A stretch of 64,000 bases of DNA, from contig OZ286477.1 in NCBI GenBank assembly GCA_965644265.1, forward strand, positions 20,026,001 through 20,090,000. Direction: 5' to 3'. Source of the DNA: Glycera tridactyla (lineage: Eukaryota). Shown one piece after another: positions 50,201 through 61,118 of the stretch. Position numbers and translations under genes: made by a program. The notes below the pieces were generated by a model. It was given only the letters and a program-made list of their open reading frames with translations, was not told where the DNA came from and did not search any database. How positions within the stretch are numbered: the first letter of the stretch is position 1; each line of letters begins with the position of its first letter.

Positions 50201-53200
50201 GATACAACCGCCACACTTGCCGTGAAACCAGCGTGAAATCGACATATTTGGCGTTCTGAGGTAAAATATTCACGGGAACTACGCCTTCATTTCTAGTCGC
50301 TAGAGATGTTGACAAAGTCTGTCAGTGAGTTTCATTTCGATCCGATGCAAATTGGCGATGCTAGAGTGAAGAGCATCCCGGTCAGTGCCGTCACGATTGA
50401 ACTTGACATACTTTACCAGGTCTCGAAGGTCAATATTATTGGTCTTCGAATTTAGTAACTCCCCCGAATCCCGAGGAGACTGAATTTTGTTTCGAGAGGG
50501 TGGAAGACCCAACTCAGTCTCTCGATGGGAGAGTGCATTTTGCAGTTGATCAGAACGTAATACTCCTACAAAAACCCCTTTTCTCGGCGAGATGACATTG
50601 CATATACATGCACATGTTTGATTCTGGAGAACGAACCTCAGCAGAAAATGGGTTGGCGTTACTTAGCTGGTCACTCACATGATGGATAGGTTGGAATTCA
50701 CGTCATGATGAGGCATTCACTCACATTAATGTCTTGCTCTCAAGATAGCCTCGTTTAAGCTTGTGTTCCTTGTACTTTTTAAACAAATTCGGGAGAGTGA
50801 ACATTTCTCGGGAGAGTGATTTTCTCAGTCTGCTCCTCCGATGGTAGGGTTGCTGACAGTATTTTTAGTGAGGCCTGGGTGTAGAGTGGTTGATGTGGCG
50901 GTACTACTGACCTGGGTGACCATGGGTATGCCGAGGATGAAGCCGGCCAAACAGAAGAGACCTGCGGTGAGCAGGAACCAGCCGGGCTTCTTACAGCCAC
51001 ATTTCCCCACCACCACGATGTGCTTCACCCCGTCCACGATATTATCCACAGCCACGATGGAAGACAGAGCCTGCAACAGATCAACTCATAATCACACCCA
51101 CCATCCAACCTACTGCCTCTCACTGTTACAAGTACTGCACTTTCTTCATGATGAAGCATTGCCAGCATCCAGCCAGACACATAGCTACACATGCCATATT
51201 AAGGTTCACCATGTTCATATTAGATACTTGGAGGAGTGTCTGAACTGTCAGCTACTTCCACTCGACAACCTTTCAGGTCCCCATCACCTTGTGTCTAGGG
51301 TTTGTGTGAGTGATGTCTGCAGGGTAGAGAAAACATCTAGCGTTCATTAACCAGGAACACACGACATACATAATCCCCTGCGAGGATACATGTCAAACAG
51401 TCAATCATTCCATCGATACAATGGACAGCTGGGGCAATACCAAGGTGAGATCGGTGGAACTATATCATGACAGCAAGGACAGGTGTCATCGTACTGATGA
51501 TGCAGGTCGTGGTGGAGGGGAGGGGGAGGGGGTATCGAAGAATGGCTATGACACTGATGGTTTTGTGAGGTGATATTGATATTATTGTTGGTGGAGTTGA
51601 TGGTGTTTGTTTTGGCGGTTCAGGGGGTGTTCGTGAAGGTGGTGATGGTGCTGGTGGTGGTGGTGGTGAAGGCAGTAGTGGTGGAGGAGGCGGTTGGGGT
51701 GTAGATATTGGTGTCGGGGATGGTGGTGTTGGTGTTGGTGTTGGCGGTTCAGGTGGTGCTGGTGAAGGCGGTGGTGAGAGCGGGAGTAGTCTAGGCGGCG
51801 GCGGTGGTGGTGGTGATGCAGATGGGGTTGGTTTGGGTTTTAGTATTGGTTTGATATCCTCTTCCGGGTGAAGCCTCGAGTTAGAGTAAATTTTTTGAGA
51901 CTATTAAATAACCATCGGATCCAACTAAGTGTGGAGTATGTAAGAAGAGAAAAACATCCTTGTGGCCAATTTTTCATGACCATACACGACCTACCTGTGC
52001 TTGCAGGGTAAAGAGTGTCATCGTCAAGTAGAAGATGAAGGCTACACCTCTCTTGATCTCCAGGCGATGGAAAACGGCAGGAAAGTTGATAAATAACAGC
52101 GAATGACCTGAGACAGAATCCCAATGTCTGGATGAGCAGGGATGTTGTGGGATAAAGGATGACATCAGTGTGACTCAGGTTGATGTCTGGATGAGCAGGG
52201 ATGTTGTGGGATAAATGATGACATCAGTGTGACTCAGGTTGATGTCTGGATGAGCAGGGATGTTGTGGGATAAATGATGACAGCAGTGTGACACAGGTTG
52301 ATGTCTGGATGAGCAGGGATGTTGTGGGATAAATGATGACATCAGTGTGACTCAGGTAGATGTCTGGATGAGCAGGGATGTTGTGGGATAAATGATGACA
52401 GCAGTGTGACACAGGTAGATGTCTGGATGAGCAGGGATGTTGTGGGATGAATGATGACATCAGTGTGACTCAGGTAGATGTCTGGATGAGCAGGGATGTT
52501 GTGGGATGAATTATGACATCAGTGTGACTCAGGTAGATGTCTGGATGAGCAGGGATGTTGTGGGATAAATGATGACATCAGTGTGACTCAGGTAGATGTC
52601 TGGATGAGCAGGGATGTTGTGGGATAAATGATGACATCAGTGTGACACAGGTAGATGTCTGGATGAGCAGGGATGTTGTGGGATAAATGATGACTTCAGT
52701 GTGACTCAGGTAGATGTCTGGATGAGCAGGGATATTGTGGGATAAATGATGACATCAGTGTGACTCAGGTAGATGTTGTCTTGTTGTATTATTAAAGGCC
52801 TCTCATCATTATGATATGNNNNNNNNNNNNNNNNNNNNNNNNNNNNNNNNNNNNNNNNNNNNNNNNNNNNNNNNNNNNNNNNNNNNNNNNNNNNNNNNNN
52901 NNNNNNNNNNNNNNNNNNNNNNNNNNNNNNNNNNNNNNNNNNNNNNNNNNNNNNNNNNNNNNNNNNNNNNNNNNNNNNNNNNNNNNNNNNNNNNNNNNNN
53001 NNNNNNNNNNNNNNNNNNNNNNNNNNNNNNNNNNNNNNNNNNNNNNNNNNNNNNNNNNNNNNNNNNNNNNNNNNNNNNNNNNNNNNNNNNNNNNNNNNNN
53101 NNNNNNNNNNNNNNNNNNNNNNNNNNNNNNNNNNNNNNNNNNNNNNNNNNNNNNNNNNNNNNNNNNNNNNNNNNNNNNNNNNNNNNNNNNNNNNNNNNNN

Positions 53201-56200
53201 NNNNNNNNNNNNNNNNNNNNNNNNNNNNNNNNNNNNNNNNNNNNNNNNNNNNNNNNNNNNNNNNNNNNNNNNNNNNNNNNNNNNNNNNNNNNNNNNNNNN
53301 NNNNNNNNNNNNNNNNNNNNNNNNNNNNNNNNNNNNNNNNNNNNNNNNNNNNNNNNNNNNNNNNNNNNNNNNNNNNNNNNNNNNNNNNNNNNNNNNNNNN
53401 NNNNNNNNNNNNNNNNNNNNNNNNNNNNNNNNNNNNNNNNNNNNNNNNNNNNNNNNNNNNNNNNNNNNNNNNNNNNNNNNNNNNNNNNNNNNNNNNNNNN
53501 NNNNNAGACACGCTCAGCTGAACTCCAGAAGGTCAACTCAGAGGGAAAGCATGGCTGTGCCAACACACCTACCAACACTGATTGGCAGGTTCGCAGAAGT
53601 TACTCCCCATTTTCATGATTCAACTGATGAGTGTGCAGGAAAGTGCAGATGGAAGATCACATGACCACATGAAACATCCAGCAGGGGGTGGGGACACGGG
53701 CATAATCAGGGGTATAACAAGCCCGATCGAAATACAGAAAATCCACTGGATCCTGGATGCCGCTTTTCCCCCATGGCCACTTGTCTCGTCTTTTTTTGCC
53801 ATTGTGGGTCATTAAAACTGTTGAAGTCCACTTTCGCCTCACATTTATCGCCAGCCGATCCTGAGCTCATAATTATCACAACCCAACACCTGTATCATGT
53901 GGCTGATAATTTGATGTTCATATTTTGATACTATGTGTCGATGTAATCAGTGGAACAACTCTTCATTCTGAACCAAGCCTACTCCCCACTTATCAATTTT
54001 TATCAAGAAATATATGACTTTGTCGGCTGCAGTGCCATTTTGAGTGTCTGTGATTTTCAGGTGTGACTGTGAAAGCTGACCAAACTGATGAGGTGGTAGT
54101 GTTCACAGGCGGGTATTTGAAATGTGGTGGAGATGAGAGGGAGGGGGAGGAGAGTCGTCTTACCTTCTGTGAGTGTTGCCCTGAGGTCTGTGCCGAGGGC
54201 GGTGGCCAGGGCGTTCATGTAGCAGCTGATCATGAAGATAAACAGATGCGGCAAGATACATAGGGCCACGAACAAAAACACCCACCGGCTGAAACATGGG
54301 ACGTGAGACAGGTTGACAATACATCATATTAGGTAATTATCCAAGTGCACACTCGGGGTATAGGCATGAAGAGAATGAGTCTGAGAGGTCGCTATCAATA
54401 CAGTTTGTCTACATGACTGCGCTACTTCAGTTTTGTCAAATGATTGATCCACCATTAGCATTAACGTTTGCATCCCCACATACCATTACATTATGAGGCC
54501 GATACAAGATATCAAACACTACATCAACTGTTTGTGACATTTTGGAGATTCTTCACCGACCTGGATTGAAATGCACATGCAATCGAACTACTCGAGGATC
54601 AATGTCCATTTTATTTCGGTCCATGTTGACGCCAACGAAGCCCCATGGATATTTTCGTATCACCTGGACATTCACTGATCGGCGGGGAAGGGGGGGGGGG
54701 GGGGTGGTGATGTCTACCTGTTTGTGACTAATCTTCCTCTTCCACTGTACTTGCCGAGGGTGGGTAATAATCCATCCCATACACGAGACATGAGAACCGC
54801 CCAGTAGATGCCCTGTAACCACGGCTGAAACAATAATAATCTCTGTCAATAGCTTGCCCCCCTGATCCAGTTTACCACATGACGCACATGTAGAAGCCAG
54901 TCCTTATATTGACTTATGTGAGTGTCGGTGTGACATGAGTAGGTTATTCCATATGCCTCAACCAAGACGGACACAATCTCAACAAGCAATACCTTCTTGA
55001 CTTGTAGGAGGTCGTGTCTTGCCAGGGTGAATCTCCATGACAATGAATAGGGTTGACATCAGGGCGAAGGTGGGGTAGACACGAATGCAGATCCTCTACA
55101 GAAGAGCTCAGGATTTGAACAGGAAGGAAATGTGAAAGATGAAGACGATGAGACGAGAACGTCGGCGGTGATCGCGGAGAAGGAGAAAAGTGGAGAAGGA
55201 AAGAAACGGAAAGGNNNNNNNNNNNNNNNNNNNNNNNNNNNNNNNNNNNNNNNNNNNNNNNNNNNNNNNNNNNNNNNNNNNNNNNNNNNNNNNNNNNNNN
55301 NNNNNNNNNNNNNNNNNNNNNNNNNNNNNNNNNNNNNNNNNNNNNNNNNNNNNNAACAAGAAACAGAAGATCAACAACACCAACAACAGCCATCGACAGA
55401 AGAAGACCATGCAAAATAAAAGGAGAAAGGATAATACGAATTAACTATAGAAGAAGCAGAAGAAGAAAAAGAAGAGAAAGAAGAGGAAGAAGGGTGAGAA
55501 GGAGAGGAAAAGAGACGGAAAAGGAGAGGGCTGAGGAGAGGATGAAGGAGGAGAAAAAGAATAGTAGAAAGTGGAGGGGGAGAGGATATGAGTGAGGAAA
55601 GAAAATAGTAAAGGAAGGTATATGAGAGAGATTGTTAGTGTGAGAGTTGTGCGTGGGACATGACGAGTGTGGGGGTAGACGTGTGTAGAAGGCTCCCGTT
55701 CTGACTGTGCCTACCCCGACGAAGGCTTCCACGGCATCAGGGATGGTGATCTTGTCCCAGTCAGCCGAGTAGATGTTATATTCGGGAGAGCCGTGTTTGA
55801 TCTCCTCGCGACCGTACGCCAGCAGGGCCACCGTTAATGTGGTACCCAGACCTCCAAACACGAACATCACCTGCAACACCACAACACCAGCCTTCTTACA
55901 CTCCATGTCTTCCTCGTGGATGACTGTAATATTCACACGATGAGACAATATGCTACAATATGCTACACTATGCTACAAGGCTTCACTACTTTATTTTTCT
56001 TCAGAGGTGTATTCCTGACACATCTCCCCCTCTACAACGTTTGACATCAGGAAGAGTATATCACATCGCAATTCTATTACAGAATACAGACTATTGAACG
56101 GGAGACGGACCATACAGATACCATCATCCACCTAGCGACCCCTCTTTAAATCTATATGTTCAGGTACGGCCACAGAACTAAACCTAAATTCTGTACACCA

Positions 56201-59200
56201 CATGTGCGATCAAGCCATCGAATTATAGCAAATGATAGCAGCTGGCATGATATAGACAATAGACAACAGACACTTTTTTCAGATATGAGAGGCGGTACAG
56301 GGATTACTTGCATACAGATGATATATAATGTCAAATATGAATCATTAGGCTATTGGCCTACTCTCCTACAAGTGGTAATATTTAATCATTCAAGAGAGGA
56401 TCATGCCTGCAGCACCACCTCTCAATGTCCTTCACGTCTGCCTGATGGTGTCCGTGTCTGACTGCCTATGTGTAACAAGCATAACGTACCCATCCAAACC
56501 ATCGTATACCTCCGCACATACACAGGAAGGTCAGCACCCACGATCCCAGCAGACACAGAAGCAATTTCCATGGCAACGTCCCCTCGCTAGCGATCTCATC
56601 TGATATCATCAAGACGTCATTCCTTGAAGAGCATCAGACACAGGATTAGGTGATGTAGGTGTATGTGTGTGTGTGGAGTGGGGGGGGGGGGGCAGTCAGT
56701 TTATATCAGTCATGTGGGCGTGGTCGGTGTTGTTATTGGGAGGAGAGCATGCCACCTAAAGACTGTGGTTATTTGAATGTCATAAGGCAATTTCAAGAAC
56801 GATGAATCAAATTCGCCATTAGTGATATTCTCATGAGAAGCAAACATTGTATTCACGTTACCTATGAGTGACTGATCTCAACTGGCTTTTGGTGGCTTCT
56901 TGTTTGGTTTCACCTCATATGGGGCAAAGTTCTGTCTTTTGATACGTCAGCCCGAAGCCCAACTACAGTTCTTGCCTATGAATGGTACCGAGGAGACTTT
57001 TACATTGAACAAATAAGAGGTCAATCAATCCAGCAAGCAACTTGCCGACCAGTCGTCACGCGGTATGTGTAGTGAGGACTTACTGGAAGAATTCAGCTTC
57101 AACCGGCACATCCGATCCCGAGAAGGCCGACCTACATTGAAACAGAGATGTCAACAATATTGGCTGGCTCTACCTGAAGATGGGTGAAACTGAGATGTAT
57201 CCTGACCCATATGGAAAGTAACCCCCCCCCCCCACTCATCTGTTTTACGCACTCGCTATATATCCTCGGCTGATGTCTATTCAGATATGCAAGATATATA
57301 TATTTGATCTGACAAATCTACCAGTAGACGGTTTCTTCTTGAACCTCTTTGTTAAAACAACGACGACAACAACAACAACAACAACAACAACAGCAAAGAG
57401 TCCTATTGCTGCTGCTACCAATAGCAATAGTAGTAATCGTAAAAGTAGTAGTAGTTTCCTGGCAATTACCTCGCTCTGCACTATGAATGAAGGCGACAGA
57501 ACACATAAACATGTCGATGGCTTTTTGTTTTGTATGAGAAGTACAAGTGCAAAGGATGGGAAAAGGGNNNNNNNNNNNNNNNNNNNNNNNNNNNNNNNNN
57601 NNNNNNNNNNNNNNNNNNNNNNNNNNNNNNNNNNNNNNNNNNNNNNNNNNNNNNNNNNNNNNNNNNNNNNNNNNNNNNNNNNNNNNNNNNNNNNNNNNNN
57701 NNNNNNNNNNNNNNNNNNNNNNNNNNNNNNNNNNNNNNNNNNNNNNNNNNNNNNNNNNNNNNNNNNNNNNNNNNNNNNNNNNNNNNNNNNNNNNNNNNNN
57801 NNNNNNNNNNNGCTTGGGACGAAGATGCGATGGCCGTATTTCTAATTAATGTTTCATTAATGGCGGCTAATACATACGTGGAATTGTCACATTTCTCGGT
57901 GGCCCAGCTGTTGTTGCAGGAGCTCCAGGGATAGGGTTGAGTTAGAGACTGTGCCGCATAGAATATATTGTAGGCAACAAACACATTATAGGCGATGGCT
58001 AGTAGAAACAGACGGATCATATTGGCCACCCCGACACCTGCAACAAGACAAGGTAACACACACATTGTAAGCGATGGCTAGTAGAAACAGTCGGATCATA
58101 TTGGCCACCCCGACACCTGCAACAAGACAAGGTAACACACACTCACTCACATCATAGAACTCAATTTTTGAAACAAATTAACTTTGGGCATCTGACAAGA
58201 TCGGGGGTTTATTTGAAATAATGATTTTTGAAGGAGCTTAACATGATCGATCATGCGTTTCCTCGTGGCCTCCCTACTTATTCAGTCTACGACATGAAGA
58301 AGAGTATCTATCTTAACAGGCTGTAAGAAATCAGCCAAATCCATATAGCGGTGCTGCCTTTGAGTATCACGAGATCGAAACATTTTTCACTTGTGAGTGT
58401 TACTAGGCTGAAATGCTATGTATGTTAGTCAAACCAATTAAACAAACAAACAACCGATTAATACATATATGTATTATTCGATCTTTCCGGTGCTGCAGTT
58501 TTTTTTAATTTTGATCGAGAGGTATATACTTGGTAGGGTGCAATGCACTACCTGTGATTGGATCTTGACCCCCCTCTCTTGTGCTTGCTNNNNNNNNNNN
58601 NNNNNNNNNNNNNNNNNNNNNNNNNNNNNNNNNNNNNNNNNNNNNNNNNNNNNNNNNNNNNNNNNNNNNNNNNNNNNNNNNNNNNNNNNNNNNNNNNNNN
58701 NNNNNNNNNNNNNNNNNNNNNNNNNNNNNNNNNNNNNNNNNNNNNNNNNNNNNNNNNNNNNNNNNNNNNNNNNNNNNNNNNNNNNNNNNNNNNNNNNNNN
58801 NNNNNNNNNNNNNNNNNNNNNNNNNNNNNNNNNNNNNNNNNNNNNNNNNNNNNNNNNNNNNNNNNNNNNNNNNNNNNNNNNNNNNNNNNNNNTGACTGAT
58901 CTGTGGTCACTTTTCGTGGTGCCACCGCTAGCCTGTGATCATTCGATCAAGATTTCTGATAGGCACTCATGCGATCACCCGACCTTAGAGGAACGTGGCT
59001 CATGCCTGTTTCTGCATTTCCAGATCAACTTATATATTGTGTTTACTAGCAATACAGGGTGCCCTTTGAGTATAGGTACGTATTGTGGATACCTGTAATG
59101 CAGGGTAACCTACGAGTGCATGTGCATATTGTGGCTACCTCTAGTCCTGCTCACCTTTGAGTATGGGAACATATTTGGAGAAGATAGAGACGATGTTGCT

Positions 59201-60465
59201 GTGAGTGCTGCCACCTAGCCGCATCTGGACGTAAATGACTGGCATGACGATGATGAACATCCCCACGTAGAAAGGGATGAAACCAGCAGCTGTAGCAAGA
59301 AACCACAAACATGACTGCAACACTGCAACACTGCAACACTGCTCACATACAGCATGATGCACCTCACTGGCCTCATTCACATCTACACTGGCGTGGTGGC
59401 ATTATGAAGCCGCTTCATATTTTGCCCTGCTTCGATGAATTTTCGTACCATTGTTTTGAGATGTCTACATGAATACCTGCTCCTAGAAATCGTTGGGATC
59501 TGATTGACCCATGTAAGAATGCTATTCCCCGATCCTTGCGTTATGGAAATAACTCATTTCTGCTAATGATCATGTCTGTGACATACGTCTGATATTGATT
59601 GTGAGAAGAGCTTGTATCACGAGGATGTCCTCAAGTCTAGATTTGTCAGATGCTGGCCTGAGACACCTGTACGGAAGTAACTCCATGCCAGGATAAAGCG
59701 GGACACACTGCAATGTGTGTTGACTGAGACATCTCCAGCAGAAATACTTTGCAAAACATGATATACAGTCGAACCTGCTCTGAAGACCACCTCTCTATAA
59801 AGGCTACCCTGAACTGCGACCGTGGTAGTATTTTCAACATTAAATATCCTCTCTGTGCCTGGTGAAAACAAAAAGGTGTACAAGGATTCTAACTCAGAGC
59901 CGGACGTCACCCAACACCAAACCCGATCTTCATCCACCCTCAACATGCATCAAATACACATGGAGTAGTTAATAATCGGCTAACCTCAATAACTCTGTTC
60001 GAGTGAAAATGAGTTCTACTCAATACCTGCAGAATACATGATGTATAACCCTGAAACTCACAGGCAGAGAAGAATCAACACACTACGTCTTGTACCACTG
60101 TTTATTTATTCACAGCTGGGTGTGGGGGAGCAGTAGTGTACGGAGGCTCCACTTAGCCCCACCCCCCCCCCCCTCTCAGTTTTCTTCTTCAACGAGTGCG
60201 AACGATAGATTGTATGTCCATCGTAGAACTGCACTCATTTGACTAAACGCTTCTCACTACCAGACAACTTGATACTTAGCTGCAAGATGTAATACCAAGG
60301 AAAAATCTAATTTGTCTGATATTATAAAATATCAAATTTCTTACCCGATTTCTCGAAGATGAATCGAGGAAACGACCAATACATCTGAAGGCCGACGAAG
60401 CAGGCGGAGACTCCCATGAACTGCAGGATACCCCAGGCGGGTTTCTTGCCATTTATCGACGCCAT
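47166..60465 (-). CDS. SLC6: Divergent SLC6 / neurotransmitter:sodium symporter family protein, 13 coding exons
   Basis: Exons: 60465-60345 (TM1), 59289-59155 (TM2), 58037-gap (TM3/EL2), 56622-56490 (TM4), 55870-55715 (TM5), 54824-54718 (TM6), 54288-54164 (TM7), 52107-51995 (TM8), 51070-50912 (TM9), 49880-49784 (TM10), 49313-49243 (TM11), 48821-48624 (TM12), 47297-47166 (tail). Visible junctions are GT-AG and phase-compatible; the exon 3 donor is in a gap. EL2 motif PWSSCNNSWATEKC and EYPPWAVVLGW are present. Confidence 0.88.
47775..47947. mobile_element. MITE of the same family as 6279-6456, opposite orientation
   Basis: Degenerate TIRs, shared gcctataaagac and tggcctctata blocks, TA flanks. 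Confidence 0.75.
48624..48821 (-). CDS. SLC6: SLC6-like exon, TM12 (EFEYPPWAVVLGWFI)
   Basis: 198 nt, phase 0-0, gttagt donor. Confidence 0.9.
49243..49313 (-). CDS. SLC6: SLC6-like exon, TM11 (shortened)
   Basis: 71 nt, phase 1-0, gtaagt donor. Confidence 0.75.
49784..49880 (-). CDS. SLC6: SLC6-like exon, TM10 (GGLYVVMLV...ISY)
   Basis: 97 nt, phase 0-1; not in the ORF track. Confidence 0.87.
50088..50632. mobile_element. Possible non-autonomous DNA transposon
   Basis: Degenerate TIRs tactctctcgaatccgaacg / tgtttgattctggagaac, CpG-rich interior inside an SLC6 intron. Confidence 0.35.
50912..51070 (-). CDS. SLC6: SLC6-like exon, TM9 (...GFILGIPMVTQ)
   Basis: 159 nt, phase 0-0. Confidence 0.88.
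51995..52107 (-). CDS. SLC6: SLC6-like exon, TM8 (GHSLLFINFP...TLQAQ)
   Basis: 113 nt, phase 1-0, aligns to GP.L.F..YP. Confidence 0.87.
52124..52775. repeat. Minisatellite, 59 bp x about 11
   Basis: gatgtctggatgagcagggatgttgtgggataaatgatgacatcagtgtgactcaggta. Confidence 0.95.
54164..54288 (-). CDS. SLC6: SLC6-like exon, TM7
   Basis: 125 nt, phase 2-1, gtaaga donor. Confidence 0.85.
54718..54824 (-). CDS. SLC6: SLC6-like exon, TM6 (PWLQGIYW...GLLPTLGKY)
   Basis: 107 nt, phase 0-2, aligns to W..A..QIFFS..G.L.A..SY. Confidence 0.78.
55715..55870 (-). CDS. SLC6: SLC6-like exon, TM5 (VMFVFGG...YSADWDKIT)
   Basis: ttgcag acceptor, GGG|gtaggc donor; the donor position is less certain. Confidence 0.78.
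56490..56622 (-). CDS. SLC6: SLC6-like exon, TM4 (NDVLMISDEI..GTLPWKLLLCLLGSW)
   Basis: 133 nt, phase 2-0; not in the ORF track. Confidence 0.85.
57812..58037 (-). CDS. SLC6: SLC6-like exon, TM3-EL2 (3' end in N gap)
   Basis: GVGVANM...PYPWSSCNNSWATEKC. Confidence 0.9.
59155..59289 (-). CDS. SLC6: SLC6-like exon, TM2 (GFIPFYVGMF...PILKG)
   Basis: 135 nt, phase 1-1, gtgagc donor. Confidence 0.88.
60345..60465 (-). CDS. SLC6: SLC6-like exon, TM1 (MASINGKKPAWG...YWSFPRF)
   Basis: Acceptor at 60486, in-frame TAG before the ATG, G|gtaag donor. Confidence 0.75.
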
Positions 60466-60899
60466 GATTTCCCGCTAGGTGTCACCTGCAACCAGATCAG
60501 AAGAACACCAGAGTCAGTGGCCGTGGCGATGCCTGACGTACACGACGGACGTGTGATACTTATTCAGTGTGCATTTCCCCGATTAAAGATTCATTGTCCA
60601 TTTCCTGGATCGAAGAAAACTGATTTAAACAGCAATCAACTTTTATCACATGACTGTATTTTTTCCGCATAGATGGCGACAATCGTGATTCCCACAGGTT
60701 AAAATGTCTACAGATAAGGAGGAGTCACAATTTACATGCACTCATCACCCTGGGGGCTGAACCCAGTCCCAGGTATGGAAGCTCTCGCCTGGTAGTAGGA
60801 ATACCCGTATCTTTGCGATGTAATACCCCTATATAGCAGCCAATTGTTCACGGGGCTTCCTGTGATTTACTTGTCATCTAAAGACTACTGTCTTTACTG

Positions 60900-61118
60900 A
60901 ACCGCCCAACCAACCCACTGACCAACCGACTAACCACCCAACCACCCAACCAACCACCGACCCAACCAACCAACTGACCAACCACCCAACCACGCCATCG
61001 ACCAACCGACCAACCACCCACCCAACCAACCAACCAACCAACCAACCGACCAACCAACCAACCAATCAACCAACCAAAACAACCAACCGACCGACCAACC
61101 ACCTAACCAACCAACCAA
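60900..61118. repeat. (CCAA)n microsatellite
   Basis: Read directly. Confidence 0.92.

Noticed and set aside
17561-52775. Regular arrays as CRISPR loci
   Set aside because: Units are contiguous with no unique spacers, there are no cas genes and the context is eukaryotic.
53506-53568. GVLAQPCFPSELT segment as the SLC6 TM8 exon
   Set aside because: 52107-51995 is a much better TM8 exon (113 nt, correct phases, LLFINFP).
54993-55095. Exon-like 103-nt hydrophobic segment in an SLC6 intron
   Set aside because: Phase 0-1 would shift the frame, and the TM5 and TM6 exons already join in phase. At most a poison exon, with no evidence.
14002-58892. ORFs containing long X runs
   Set aside because: They are artefacts of translating through N gaps, apart from the SLC6 exon 3 portion.
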